Below, piece after piece: positions 49,172-60,984 of a stretch of DNA of 64,000 bases. The notes beneath the pieces were generated by a model. It was not told the origin of the DNA and made no database searches. It was given only the letters and a program-made list of their open reading frames with translations. The stretch is from Macrostomum lignano. Taxonomy: Eukaryota. The position numbers and the translations under genes were made by a program. The number at the start of each line of letters is the position of its first letter. Position 1 is the first letter of the stretch. The stretch is taken from the NCBI GenBank assembly GCA_002269645.1, contig NIVC01000070.1, positions 124,001 to 188,000 of the forward strand, given 5' to 3'.

Positions 49172-52100
49172 TCCAATATACTAAAAATCAAAACTATGTA
49201 CCTATAGGAACCTTCGTTTAACTTGACTTTGCGTGGCCCGAATTTCGTGGGGTTTTCTGCATTCGATGCGTATTGATGGTGCGCTGGTACATAAAATTTT
49301 TCTAAGAAATTGCTTCATTTTTCGGGCTTAAATATTCGAAAAACTCGATTTTTCGCCAAGTTTTTTAAGTTCAAACAGTTCTTTCCGATTGAGAAGCAGT
49401 CTGACTGCCGATGGAATTGTATTGCATCATAACTCAGTGCCAACTATAGCATTGGTTCTCTACACTCGCGTGGAGAGCTACAAGCGTTGAAAGGTTGCGC
49501 AACACATTTTAGCTATTGAAATTGAGGGGCGGGTGTCGCTATTCAATTTGGCTTGGTTGTTAATTTCAATGCATCAACTTGCAGGCCTCTCACTGTAGCT
49601 GGCGCTGAATGTACACCTTATGAATTTGAATGCTTTAAAGCAGGAATGTTGAATCGTTGTTTGTGCTTCGAGTTTTTCACTTTCAGAAGAGAGCCTTGTA
49701 TTGCTGAAAAGAGCTAGAAACGCTGAGTTCGGGAATATAATTCATTTGCCGAGATTCGAAAAATGAGAAACACAGCATTAAAAAGAAAATTTCTATACTT
49801 TCTATTATAAATGCTCATTGTACATCTCCAGTATCGCAAACCCCTACTTTATCACAACTCCACAATTCAAGCCAGCGCCATTTGATTTAGATTTGGATTG
49901 CGTAACCATATTGCTGACTTTAATAATTGAAAATGATATTGCCTGCCTGAGAAATTGATTATGTCATAACTTGCTTCGAGTGATTTCTACTCTATGCTTG
50001 GAGTTTTCAGTGTTGAATTATATATATAAGTGCTACAATTCATGTTATCAAAACGATGAGTTAGCCTAGAGGTGAACAGACTTAACTGCTAATGCAGCGA
50101 CGTGGGTTCGAAATTTTAGAGTAAAAGTGATTTATTAAAAAATTTAACTTGAAAAAAACGTCCGGTAAATCAAATAAAAGAGAAGAAGCTACGAGCGTCC
50201 ATGTAGTATATTCAAATTTTTTATTAAACTTTGAATTTTGAAAAGGATTATTACACTAGATAAGAAACTACATGTAATTATTGTACTAGCTGAGTAAATT
50301 GTTTCACTATCTTGCTTGGGTTACTTTCTATCAGGGGATGCTTGCTATCAAAAGGACGCTTGCTCTTAGGGCATGCTTGATCGGGTGAGATTGCTAAGAT
50401 GTCAAGACATACTGGGGAATTATTCAGATATGCAGGCTTACTGGGGAATTACTGAGATGTCAAGCCTTAAAGGGACTTGCTGAGATGCCAAGGAAATTGC
50501 GGAGGTTTAAAGGCGTGGGGGAATTTCTGAGAGATGTCAGGCATTTGGACGGGGAGAAATTGCTAAGTTGTGAAGACTTACTGAGGAAATCACTGAGCCT
50601 TGACACCTCAGTTAATTCTCTCTTAAGCTTTGACATCTCAGCAATTCGCTCTAAAGGCTGAAGAGGGACTTTCTGAGATGCCAAGATTTGGTGGGGGGAT
50701 TGCTGAGATGTTAAGGCTTGGGGGGTTTCTGAGATATAAAGGCTTAATGGGGGAACTGCTGGCGTGGGGGGAATTTCTAAAATGTCAAGGCTTGGGGGAA
50801 TCGCTGAGATGTTAGGTTTTGGACGGGGAGAAATTGCTAAGATGTCAAGACTCACTGGGGGAATCACTGAGATATAAAGGCTTACTTGGAGGACTGCTGA
50901 GATGTCAAGTCTTGGCGGGGGAATTCCTAAAATTTCAAGTCTTGAGAGCGAATTGCTGAGATGTCAAAGCTTAAGAGAGAATTACTGAGGTCTCTAGGCT
51001 TGGGGGGAATTGTTGAGATGTCAAGTCTTGGGGGGAATTCTGTGGATTGGGGATTCCTTCCATAAGGGCTGCTTCTAATGGATATCTTTAGATAGGTGAT
51101 TCATTGGGAAATTCCATCGATGGGGGATTCTTTCGATGGAGGGTTCTTTGAATGGGGGATTCTTTAGATGAAGGATTCTTTGGCCTAGGATTTTATTGAT
51201 GGGGGATTATTTAGATAGGAGATTCTTTGGATTCTTTAGATGGAGATTATTTGGAGTATGATTCTTTGGATTATTTGGACGGGGTTCTTTAGATGAGGGG
51301 ACTCAGATTCAGATTCAATGATTCAATGATTCTTTTGATGGAGGCTTATTTGGATGAGTGAATATTTGCATTATTTTGATCGGGATTCTGTATGGATGGG
51401 GATTATTTTGATCGGGATTCTGTGGATGGGGATTATTTAGATCGGGATTCTGTGGATGGGGGGATTCTTTGGATAGGGATGGATGGGGGATTCTTTGGAT
51501 AGGGATGGATGGGGGATTCTTTGGATAGGGATGGATGGGGGATTCTTTGGATAGGGATGGATGGGGATTCTTTGGATAGGGATGGATGGGGGGTTCTTTG
51601 GATAGGGATGGATGGGGGATTCTTTGGATAGGGATGGATGGGGGATTCTTTGGATAGGGGATTCTGTCGATGGGGGATTCATTGGCAGGGGAATTCTTTG
51701 GATCGGGGATTCTATCGATGGGGGTTCTTGGATGGGGATTCTCTGCATGTGAGATTCTTTGTATCGTGGATTCTATGGGTGGTGGATTCTTTGGATGGGG
51801 GATTCTTTAAATTTGAGATTCAGTTCGGTGAAATTTTATTGCGTGGAAAAACTGTGGTTGGAGTTTGGACGAATAGTCCCAACGGGGGTTGGAATTGGCA
51901 TGCTGAGGAAATTGTTTCACTAATCTTGGTGGGGGTACTTTCTATCAGGGGATGCTTGCTCGGAAGAGAATTCTAAGATGTCAAGATTTACAGGGGGAAT
52001 TATTGAAATACATGTATAAAATCTTACCTATTGGAATTAATGAGATGTGAAGGCTTAAGAGGGACTTGCTGAGATGCAAGGCTTAAGAGGGACTTGCTGA

Positions 52101-53080
52101 GATGCAAAACTTGTGGGGGAGAATTGCTGAGATTTCAAGGCTTAACGGGGAACTGCTGAGATGTCAAGGCTTCGGACGGGGAGAAATTGGTAAGATGTCA
52201 AGGCTTTGGACGGGGAGAAATTGGTAAGATGTCAAGGCTTTGGACGAGGAGAAATTGGTAAGATGTCAAGGCTTGGGGGAATTTTATGAGGTGTCGAGGC
52301 TCGGGGGAATTGCTGAGATGTTAAGTTTTGGGGGGAATTCTATGGATTGATGATTCTTTGGATGAGGGATGCTTCTAATGGATATCTTTGGATAGGTGAT
52401 TCATTAGGGAATTCCTTTGATGGGGCATTGTTTCGATGGAGGGTTTTTCAAATGGTTGATTCTTTAGATGAAGGATGAAGGATTATTTGGACGGGGGTTC
52501 TTTAGATGAGGGGATTCTTTAGCCAAGAATTCTATTAATAGGGGGGGGGGGTATTTGGATGGGAGATTCTTTGGATTCGTTGGATGGGGATTATTCGGAC
52601 GGGGTTCTTTAGATGAGGGAATTCTTTGGCCAATTATTTCTTTGATGGCGGATTATTTAGATGGGAGATCTATGGATTATTTAGATGGGAGATCTATGGT
52701 TTATTTAGATGGGGATTATGATGTGAATTATTTGGACGGGGATTAATTGGGGGGGATTCTTTGGATATAGATGGATGGGGGATTCTTTAGGTAGGAATGA
52801 ATGAGGAAATTCTTTGGATAGGGATGGATGGAGGATTCTTTATATTTGGATTCTGTGGATGAGGGATTCTTTGGATAGGGATTCTGTGGATGAGGGATTC
52901 TTTAGATGGGGATTCTTTAGATAGGGGGCTTCTGTAGATCGGGGATTTCTTGAGTAGGGGATTCATTGAATGGGGAATTATTCGGATCGGTGATTCTATC
53001 GATGGGGGTTCTTTGGGTGGGGGATTCTTTGCATGTGAGATTCTTTGCATCGGGGATTTTGTGGATGGGGAAAACTGTGG
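46620..53080 (+). repeat. Four G-rich GGGGATTCTTTGGAT/GGATGGATGG arrays (about 46620-47630, 48320-49110, 51030-51810, 52340-53080)
   Basis: Strongly G-skewed ~14-nt and ~28-nt units; most homogeneous at 51460-51660. Confidence 0.9.
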
Positions 53081-53125
53081 TTGGAGTTTGGACGGAAAGC
53101 CCCAACGGGGGTTGGGATTGGCTAG
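49172..53125 (+). mobile_element. Non-autonomous Helitron H6
   Basis: 5' TCCAATATACTAAAAATCAAAAC directly after H5 CTAG; 3' GCCCCAACGGGGG hairpin + GATTGGCTAG. Confidence 0.85.
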
Positions 53126-54535
53126 TCCCATATACTAAAAATGAAATGTCTGTAGCTATGCGATAGATTTCAGAAAAAATTGGCTCAACCGATTTTCTTC
53201 AAACTTGCACCATTCGATCAGAAATTTTCCTGGGACGGTACATGCATCTTGGCTAAGAAATTGCTCAATGTTAAAGGGATTAAATATTCGAAAAACAAAG
53301 GTCAAGCCAAATTTTCGACTTGAAATGCATTGTATGAGTTGTAAGAATTCTAGAGAAAAAACCTGCTGGCTAAATTCCGATTGTGATAAAGATTGCATCA
53401 CAACTGAATTGTAACTCCGACTTGAATTGCGTCACAGTGTTGAAAACACTCTGTGGAAACATAGCACGAGACTTGATTTAGACTGCGTAACCATATTGTT
53501 AACTTTAATTAGAACTGATACTGACCGATTGAAAAATTGATTAAGTCATAACTCTCATAACTGTTTCGTGTTCATCTCTGCTTCGTGCTCATCTCGATCG
53601 CGTTAAACATACGAGTAAAAGAAGCGTCATGTAAAACGCTTAGTGGGGGAAATGCTGAGATGTCGATGCTTACTCCAGAACCAAGAACCAAATGTTTCAT
53701 TTCAAGCATAAGTAGCTCATGTAAAGCATAGAATATAAACGAATATTCCATAACACACATGCCTTTCTGCAAGGGTCAACAGAACTTGCTACTGCGAGCC
53801 ATTCTGACTGGAATTAAACTAGGCAGCGCCAGTAAATTAGTATTTTTTGTCGCCACTCTAGAGAATTATAAATGTACACTGCGAGAAGAGATGTATATTA
53901 TAAAATGTTCACGTGCACAATTAACAAACTAACTTTAAAAGCTGGAAATAGGGAGAGTGAGAGAGTGAAACACAACGAGCGTACGAGTATATTTATTCGA
54001 TTCACATCGCAAGCTAAAGCTAAAGAAACCTGAGTTGCCTTTTCATATGCGATATTCAAGACCCCTATCTATAGGCTAAAGTACGTTTTAGTAAGACCGT
54101 CGTATCATAAAAAGTGCATACCATGATCCATCGATAAATAGAATTATTATTAAATGCCACAGAGATGTACATTGGCTACTGAGATTTGCGCCTCCTTCAG
54201 AAAATTTATCTCAATCCTTTAACATGGGAGAGTTAGCCTTAGGCTTAAAAATTCATTACAGTACTGGGCCAAGGTGTTTTAGAGAGAATATTAAATAATA
54301 AAAAAGTCCTGACCAATTAGCAGGCGGGTGTTGGAGACAGAATTTAGGCTTGCTGTACACACTGACAGTCTGACGACAGTGTACAAATGATGTCCAGCTT
54401 TTTGGGGTTGTGTGGTTGATGAGTTTAAAACGCGTGACATGATAGATTTCATACCATACTCTTTTCTCGCACACAACCCCCATACTATTTTTTCATTATC
54501 ACTCAAAATTCTTATTTTTCAATTCGAATTCCAAT

Positions 54536-57500
54536 ATGGCTCGACGTGGCACCAGCGCATTGAAGAAGAGCAGAGATGCCAAGAAGAAGCGTCAGCAAGA
54601 GAGTGCCGTTCAGCGAGAAGAGCGCCTGATGAGACTCCGACAGCAGGAGGCTGAGCGAAGAGCAAGTGAAACCGATGCTCAGCGAGAAGAGCGCCTGACG
54701 AGACTCCGACAGGAGAATGCTGAGCAAAGAGCAACTGAAACCGACGCTCAGCGTGAAGAGCGTATATCTGCAGACAGAATTCGTGCAGAGAAGCGACGCG
54801 CTTCAGAAACCGAAGATGAACGAAGAGCTCGAATCGAAGCCGAACAAATTCGCCGTCGAGGAGTGTCGGTTAGCAGGTAGGACGATGTTTTAATCTGAGC
54901 TATTATATATTTCTGTGATCATTCTTAACAAACTGTGACCGTTAAATGATAATAATCAATGTGCCCGTTGTGTTCATGTTATTCTTTTATGGGTATTTTG
55001 TATTGTAGTTGTTGTTTAATTGGTACATAGGCTTATACTGAAAAACTAGAGCCCATTTCTAAGTCTTTTAACGCAATTTTTCTCATATTTTTGAGATAGG
55101 CTTCCAGGAATTATACATATGAAATAAGTATTTTAGATAGAATCTACAATTAAAATAAATTCGGTTTCTAATAATATTAAGTTTTGAAGCCTGTTTCTAA
55201 GAATATTATATGTGTGAGTCGGCTTCGAAGAATCTTAAATCTATGAGATAGGTATTTAATATAACAATATTAATTTATGAGAATCGGTTAAGCATTTTTT
55301 ACTGATGAAAATGGTTTTCGAAGAATCTTTGTTTATAATGCAATTACATTTTAGACTGGTTTGTGAGAATTTAGAATGGCATAAAAATATTCTTCACTAT
55401 TCTAAGAACCGCCAAATGAAGTTGTGTATAATCCAAATATACTAAATCTTTATTTCCTCTATTCCAGGTTTGATAGTAGTGAGTTGGCCACACCGTCTGT
55501 GGTACCTTTTGATGCGTTGCGCATAATTCGAATTCCTGGTGATGGGAACTGTTTTTTTCATGCAGTCTGTGACCAGTTGCAGGGCACTCCACTTGAGACC
55601 GATGCGGCATCTTTAAGACACGAGCTGACGAGCCGTGTAGTGCAGATTATGCCAGAATTGATTGAACATGGCTTTGTTTTGCCAGAAAATGCTGATTTCA
55701 TTGTTGATTCCTCTTTTTCTGAAGGCACATATGTGCCTGATGAAGTTGTTCCGCTTTTAAGCCGTTGTTTTAATTTTGATCTGGTGATTTATCAAGAAAA
55801 CGGCACTGTACTGCAGTACTGTATGTCCCCTTTGCAGCCACCGATTGCAATCGTCCGAATTCTATTGCGTCATGAGCATTATGAGTCATTGCGATTTGCT
55901 AATCCGATTCCAGTTTTTGAGCCCATTGTAGATGCAGAGGAGCCAAGATTAACTCAGCAGAGTGCAGGTCATTTGGCGCAAGACCTGCTCAAGAGAGGTA
56001 AGGTCATTGGTGTGACTGGTCATCATAATTTATTTGTCATCTAAATCAAGTTGTTTTATCCTAATATTTTTTTTGTAAAATGAAAGATTAACCGGGAAAA
56101 CTATTTGCCATTAATCCTTCCTAATCCTAATCCTTCCAATCACAGGCCAGAACGGATTATCAGGCCTGAAGCGCCAGCCCATAACTGTGGCCCAATGGAC
56201 AGAGCATGCGACCAATGCGGTGCATTACTTTGGTGCTCTGAGACGAGGAATTTCTGCTGCGCCAAAGGCAAGGTAAAGCTACCCAGCCGCACCGTGCCTC
56301 AAGTGCTGGCGGATCTGTACATGGGGCAGCACGGAATGAGTGCTGAGTTCCTGACCAACATTAGAAGTTACAACTCGGCGCTGCACCTGACATCGCTGGG
56401 TGCCAAACTGCGGTTGGTGCCAGGCTGGTGTCCCAGCTTCATCATCAGCGGCCAGTTGCATCACAACACGGCGTCGCTGTTTGCAGAAGATTCAGCTGAG
56501 CCCCATGGCTGGCAAGTGTATTTCAATGATCGCGAACTTGAAAGCCGCCAGAGTCTCAGCCAAAAGGTGAAGCCGGAGCTGCTGGAGCTGCTGCAGACGC
56601 TGCTTCACGAGTGCAACGGCTATGTCCGCAGCCTGAGGGCAGTCGCTCATCGAATCAGCCAAGATCCGGAGTTGGGAGATGCGCGAATCGTGATTCACCC
56701 TGACCGTCGACCATCTCGGGAACACATTCGGTATGTCTGCAAGACACTTTAATAACATTTTTTGCGTTATAAAGTATCCAATTATCCAATTTGTACAGAC
56801 TTTGTATCCCACAAAATCCGTTTGAAATCAGGCGCTACAACTTGCCTACGGCGAACGAGGTCGGTATCCTGATCGTTAAGGACAATGAGAACACACCGGC
56901 CAGTCGGGACGTCGTGATTCAGCTGCGTGGAGGCGGTTCCCAGCGAATCAGTGAGACGCACCGCTCGTACGACCCGCTGGAGTATGTGCTGCTGTTCCCG
57001 AATGGCGAAGATGGCTGGCACCCGGAGTTGCTGATGAGTAATGGCAAGAAATTGACGCCCATGAAGTATTATGCGAGCGAAATCATGGTGCGAGCGGGCC
57101 AGTTCAGTGTGCTGCACTATGGCCGAAGATTATTTCAGCAGTACTTGGTGGACATGTGTGCCAAGATTGAGGCAGAGAGGCTGCTGTATTTGCGGACCCA
57201 TCAGCAGGACCTGCGCAGCGAGACGTATAGCGGTCTGCGGGACGCTCTGTTTGCAGCCGATGGCAGGTCTACCGACAGAGATCCGAGTGACATAGGCAAG
57301 CCCGCGCATGTGCTTCTGTCTTCGAGCTTCGTTGGCGGGCCAAGGTACCTGATGGAGAGGCTACAAAACGCTATGACCTATGTTCACAAGTTCGGTAAGC
57401 CGGACCTGTTTGTCACCGCAACGTGCAATCCGAAATGGCCGGAGATCAGCGCCCAGCTGCTGCCTGGACAGCGGGCAGAAGACCGGCCCGACATTGTTAG

Positions 57501-60500
57501 CCGAGTCTTTGAAATGAAGAAGAAAGCTCTGCTGGCCCAGTTGACCAAGCGCTATGGGAAAGAGGCCGCTCACGTTTGCTCACTGGAGTACCAGAAGCGT
57601 GGTGAGTATAAATTCTGACTTGCAAGAATCAAACTTTTAATATTTATTAAAATTTAAATTTACAAAGATTTGTGATTTTTTTCTACTTTTTTGACGCTCC
57701 AGGTCTTCCCCATGTGCACTTTCTGCTGTGGCTCGTGAGCGGTCAGCGAGTGACTCCGGACCGATACGATGACATCGTGTCTGCCGAGATTCCGGACCCA
57801 GAGCAGCAGCCCGTGCTGTATGAGCTGGTGAAGACGCACATGATCCATGGCCCCTGCGGCAAGGACAATCCAGCGTGCCCTTGCATGGAGAATGGCGAAT
57901 GCAGCAAGGGCTTTCCTAAAGAATTCCAGCAGGTGACGCTGACCAGCGATACTGGCTACCCACTGTACCGCAGACTGTCGCCTGAGATGGGCGGATTTAC
58001 ACTGGACAAGCTGTTTAAAGGCCGGAGCATTCGCATGGACAACAGGGGAGTTCAAACGCTATTGCTCAGTTGTGCTTTGCTGCTTTTGTTTCTGAAAGTT
58101 AATGATATTATTTTTTCATTAAAACAGGTGGGTCGTTCCGTACAGCCCTGACCTGTTGCTCCAGTTTGTGTGCCACTTGAACGTCGAAGTTTGCGCCACT
58201 GTGAAGTCGGTGAAGTACGTGATCAAGTACCTGCTAAAGGGTGGCGACATGGCGACGTTCAAAGTCGATGCCAATAGGAATCCAACTGAACCGAGAGAGC
58301 AGGCAGTGGGTGACCAGCAGCCGACGCAAAGGACAGGAAATGAGCCACGTGATGAGATCAAGGAGTACCTGTCCGCGCGCTACATTGGTCCAATGGAAGC
58401 CGTGAATACCATCTTGGGCTTTGAAGTAATTCGCATTCTAATTATTATTGGCTCATTTTAACCAGAGCTGTGAACACCTCGTCATAGTATAAATTGAATT
58501 TCCATTGAAACTTGAAGGCTGTATATTTCCTTCCACTTTCTGATCAGGTGCACAACAGATTTCCGGCGGTCATCCGACTCTGCGTTCACAAGTCGGAGGA
58601 GCAGCTCGTGTATTTCAACGAGGGGACCGCAAGAGCAAAAGCGAGAACGCCGAAGGATTCGACGTTGACGGCATTTTTCAAGCTGTGCCGTATTGACGAG
58701 TTTGCGAGGTCCTTGCTCTACACGGAGGTGCCGTCCTACTTCGTGTGGCACTCCAGTGAAAGAGAGTGGCGGCGGGCCAAGCAGGGTGTGCGAGTCGATG
58801 GCCATCCGGGTGTAGTGCGGAACAAAAACGTTGCACGCATGTATACGGTGAGTCCAAGAGCAGGTGATTTATTTTACGTTCGAATGCTCCTTTTGAATGT
58901 TAGAGGACCGACTAGCTTCGAGGCGCTGCAGACCGTGGACGGCGTTGTGCATCCGAGCGCCAAGGCTGCTTGCATGGCACTTGGCCTGCTGCAGCGAGAT
59001 GATCACTGGCGGCGGTGTCTAGCTGAGGCCGTTCAGTCAAGAATGCCAAGAGCCCTGAGACACCTTCTGGCCGTAATTCTCATATGGGGTGAGCCTGAGG
59101 ATGGCAGCGACCTCTGGTGCAGTTTTGCCGAGGATCTCAGCGAGGACCTGCGGTTCCACCACCGAGATTTGAGCACCGATGAGATTACTGACCTGGCGCT
59201 GCGTGAGCTTCAGAGCATGCTGATCTCCATGGGCGGGAGAAGCCTGCCAGAGTACGGCCTGCCTGCGGCCTCGATGATACCTCAAGATGGACCAATGCAG
59301 TTTGATACGGTTGAGCAAGCACTGATTACTGAGGCGCGCTTACCAATGCTGACAGATGAGCAGAAAGCGGCGTACGAGTCCGTGACTCAGAATCTTGTGG
59401 ACGGCACCAGCGGCTTGCACTTCCTGGACGCACCTGCTGGCACTGGCAAGACCTTCCTGCTGGAGATTTTGCTAGCCTTCGTGCGCAGCCGGGGTGAAGT
59501 CGCCCTCGCCGTTGCTGCTTCTGGGATCGCAGCGACTCTGTTGCCAGGTGGACAGACGGCGCATTCAACGTGAGTAATTTATTCTCAATGTGTCAATAAT
59601 CAGCAGTAAATACTCGTATTTCGTGTGCTGTAAATATGCTTGAAATGCTGAAACTATTTGCCCACGCCAGGTTCAAGATACCAATTAGGGCGATCCGCTC
59701 AAGCAAAGACGTGTGCGCTGTTGGAGCGCAGTCCAAACAGGCTGCTGTATTTCGGACACGTCTAATTGTCTGGGACGAGATTTCTATGACAAACCGGAAG
59801 GATTTGGAGGCCGTTGACCGGTGCTTGCGAGACGTGCGGAAGCAGGACGTGCCATTCGGCGGAGTGGTTTTCGTTTGCGCTGGGGACTTTCGCCAGCTGC
59901 TGCCCGTTGTGGTGCATGGGACTCGAGCCAACAGCGTCATGGCGTGTGTCAGCAGATCCCCACTGTGGAAATTTTTCCGGTGGCATCGCCTTACAAGAAA
60001 CATCCGATTGCTGAGCAGTTCCGATTCTGCAACGTATTTGAAATACACCGAGCTACTCAAGCAGGTAAGTTTGTTTTCATCAGTTTATTAATTAGAAGAC
60101 TTAAGGATATTCGGTTTCTTTCGTGTTGAGAGCTCCATTTTTTAAATTGTGGCTTATTCAAGAATGCCTTGCTCAAAGTCTGTCTAGCGTTTTAAATATT
60201 TGACTTCTAACTCCCCCAGATCGGATCTGGAACAATTGAGCAGGATGCAGAGGAGAACGTGTCTCTTCCTGCTGAGGTCATCATTTCTGCGGAGGCGCCG
60301 CTCAATGATCTGATAAATTTTGTGTACCCATCGTTTGAGGACTCAGTGGAGAGGGACGGCTACTTTGCAAGCCGAGCGATCCTGGCGCCTTACAACGACT
60401 CTGTCGATGCCATCAACGAGACGTGCCTGGGCATGTTCCCCGGCAGCCTGCGGGAGTACCACTCGATTGACAGTGTGGCCGATGAGGATGCCGCTACGCA

Positions 60501-60984
60501 CTTCCCGCCTGAGTTGCTCAACCAGCTGGATGCCCCGAACTTTCCGATTCACTTGCTGAGGCTGAAAGTGGGTATGCCAGTAGTTCTTCTCAGGAACATC
60601 AACCCGCCACGATTGTGCAATGGTACGCGGCTGATCATACTCGCAATGGGCGAGAACGTGCTTAGATGCAAGATTGCCGCCGGCCAGTTCACGGGAGACG
60701 AGATTCTTCTGCCGCGAATCCTGCTGATTCCAAGCAATGCGGACCTCCCCGTCAGTTTTAAGCGGCTGCAGTTCCCCGTGAAGCCGAGTTTCTGCCTGAC
60801 GATTCACAAGTCGCAGGGACAGTCTCTGGACACAGTTGGCATTGACCTGTCAGTCGGTTGCTTCACGCATGGCCAGCTGTACACGGCACTGTCACGAGCA
60901 AAGAACGCGGCAAATGTTCGCGTCCGGATTCCGGGAACAAGGACCAGAAATGTTGTGTTTCCAGAAGTTCTCACTGAAGACTAA
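54536..60984 (+). CDS. Helitron RepHel transposase: STPR-like repeats - OTU protease - Zn finger - HUH Rep - PIF1-family helicase (9 exons, ~1680 aa; intron 5 donor is GG)
   Basis: Exons 54536-54876, 55468-55997, 56151-56730, 56832-57601, 57703-58045, 58128-58425, 58548-59569, 59671-60064, 60220-60984 total 5043 nt in one frame. Motifs: PGDGNCFFHAV...HEHYESL (OTU); CDQC...CC; RRYNLPTANEV; FVTATCNPKWPEI; EYQKRGLPHVH (HUH); KYVIKY; DAPAGTGKTF; LIVWDEISM; GDFRQLLPVV; TIHKSQGQSL; GQLYTALSR. Confidence 0.9.

Noticed and set aside
32810-50120. Intact tRNA genes at the GTTCGA motifs
   Set aside because: Acceptor and anticodon stems cannot be paired; reported only as tRNA-like remnants.
46793-53166. 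Pro/Ile- and Gly/Asp-rich ORFs
   Set aside because: Translations of G-rich arrays on both strands.
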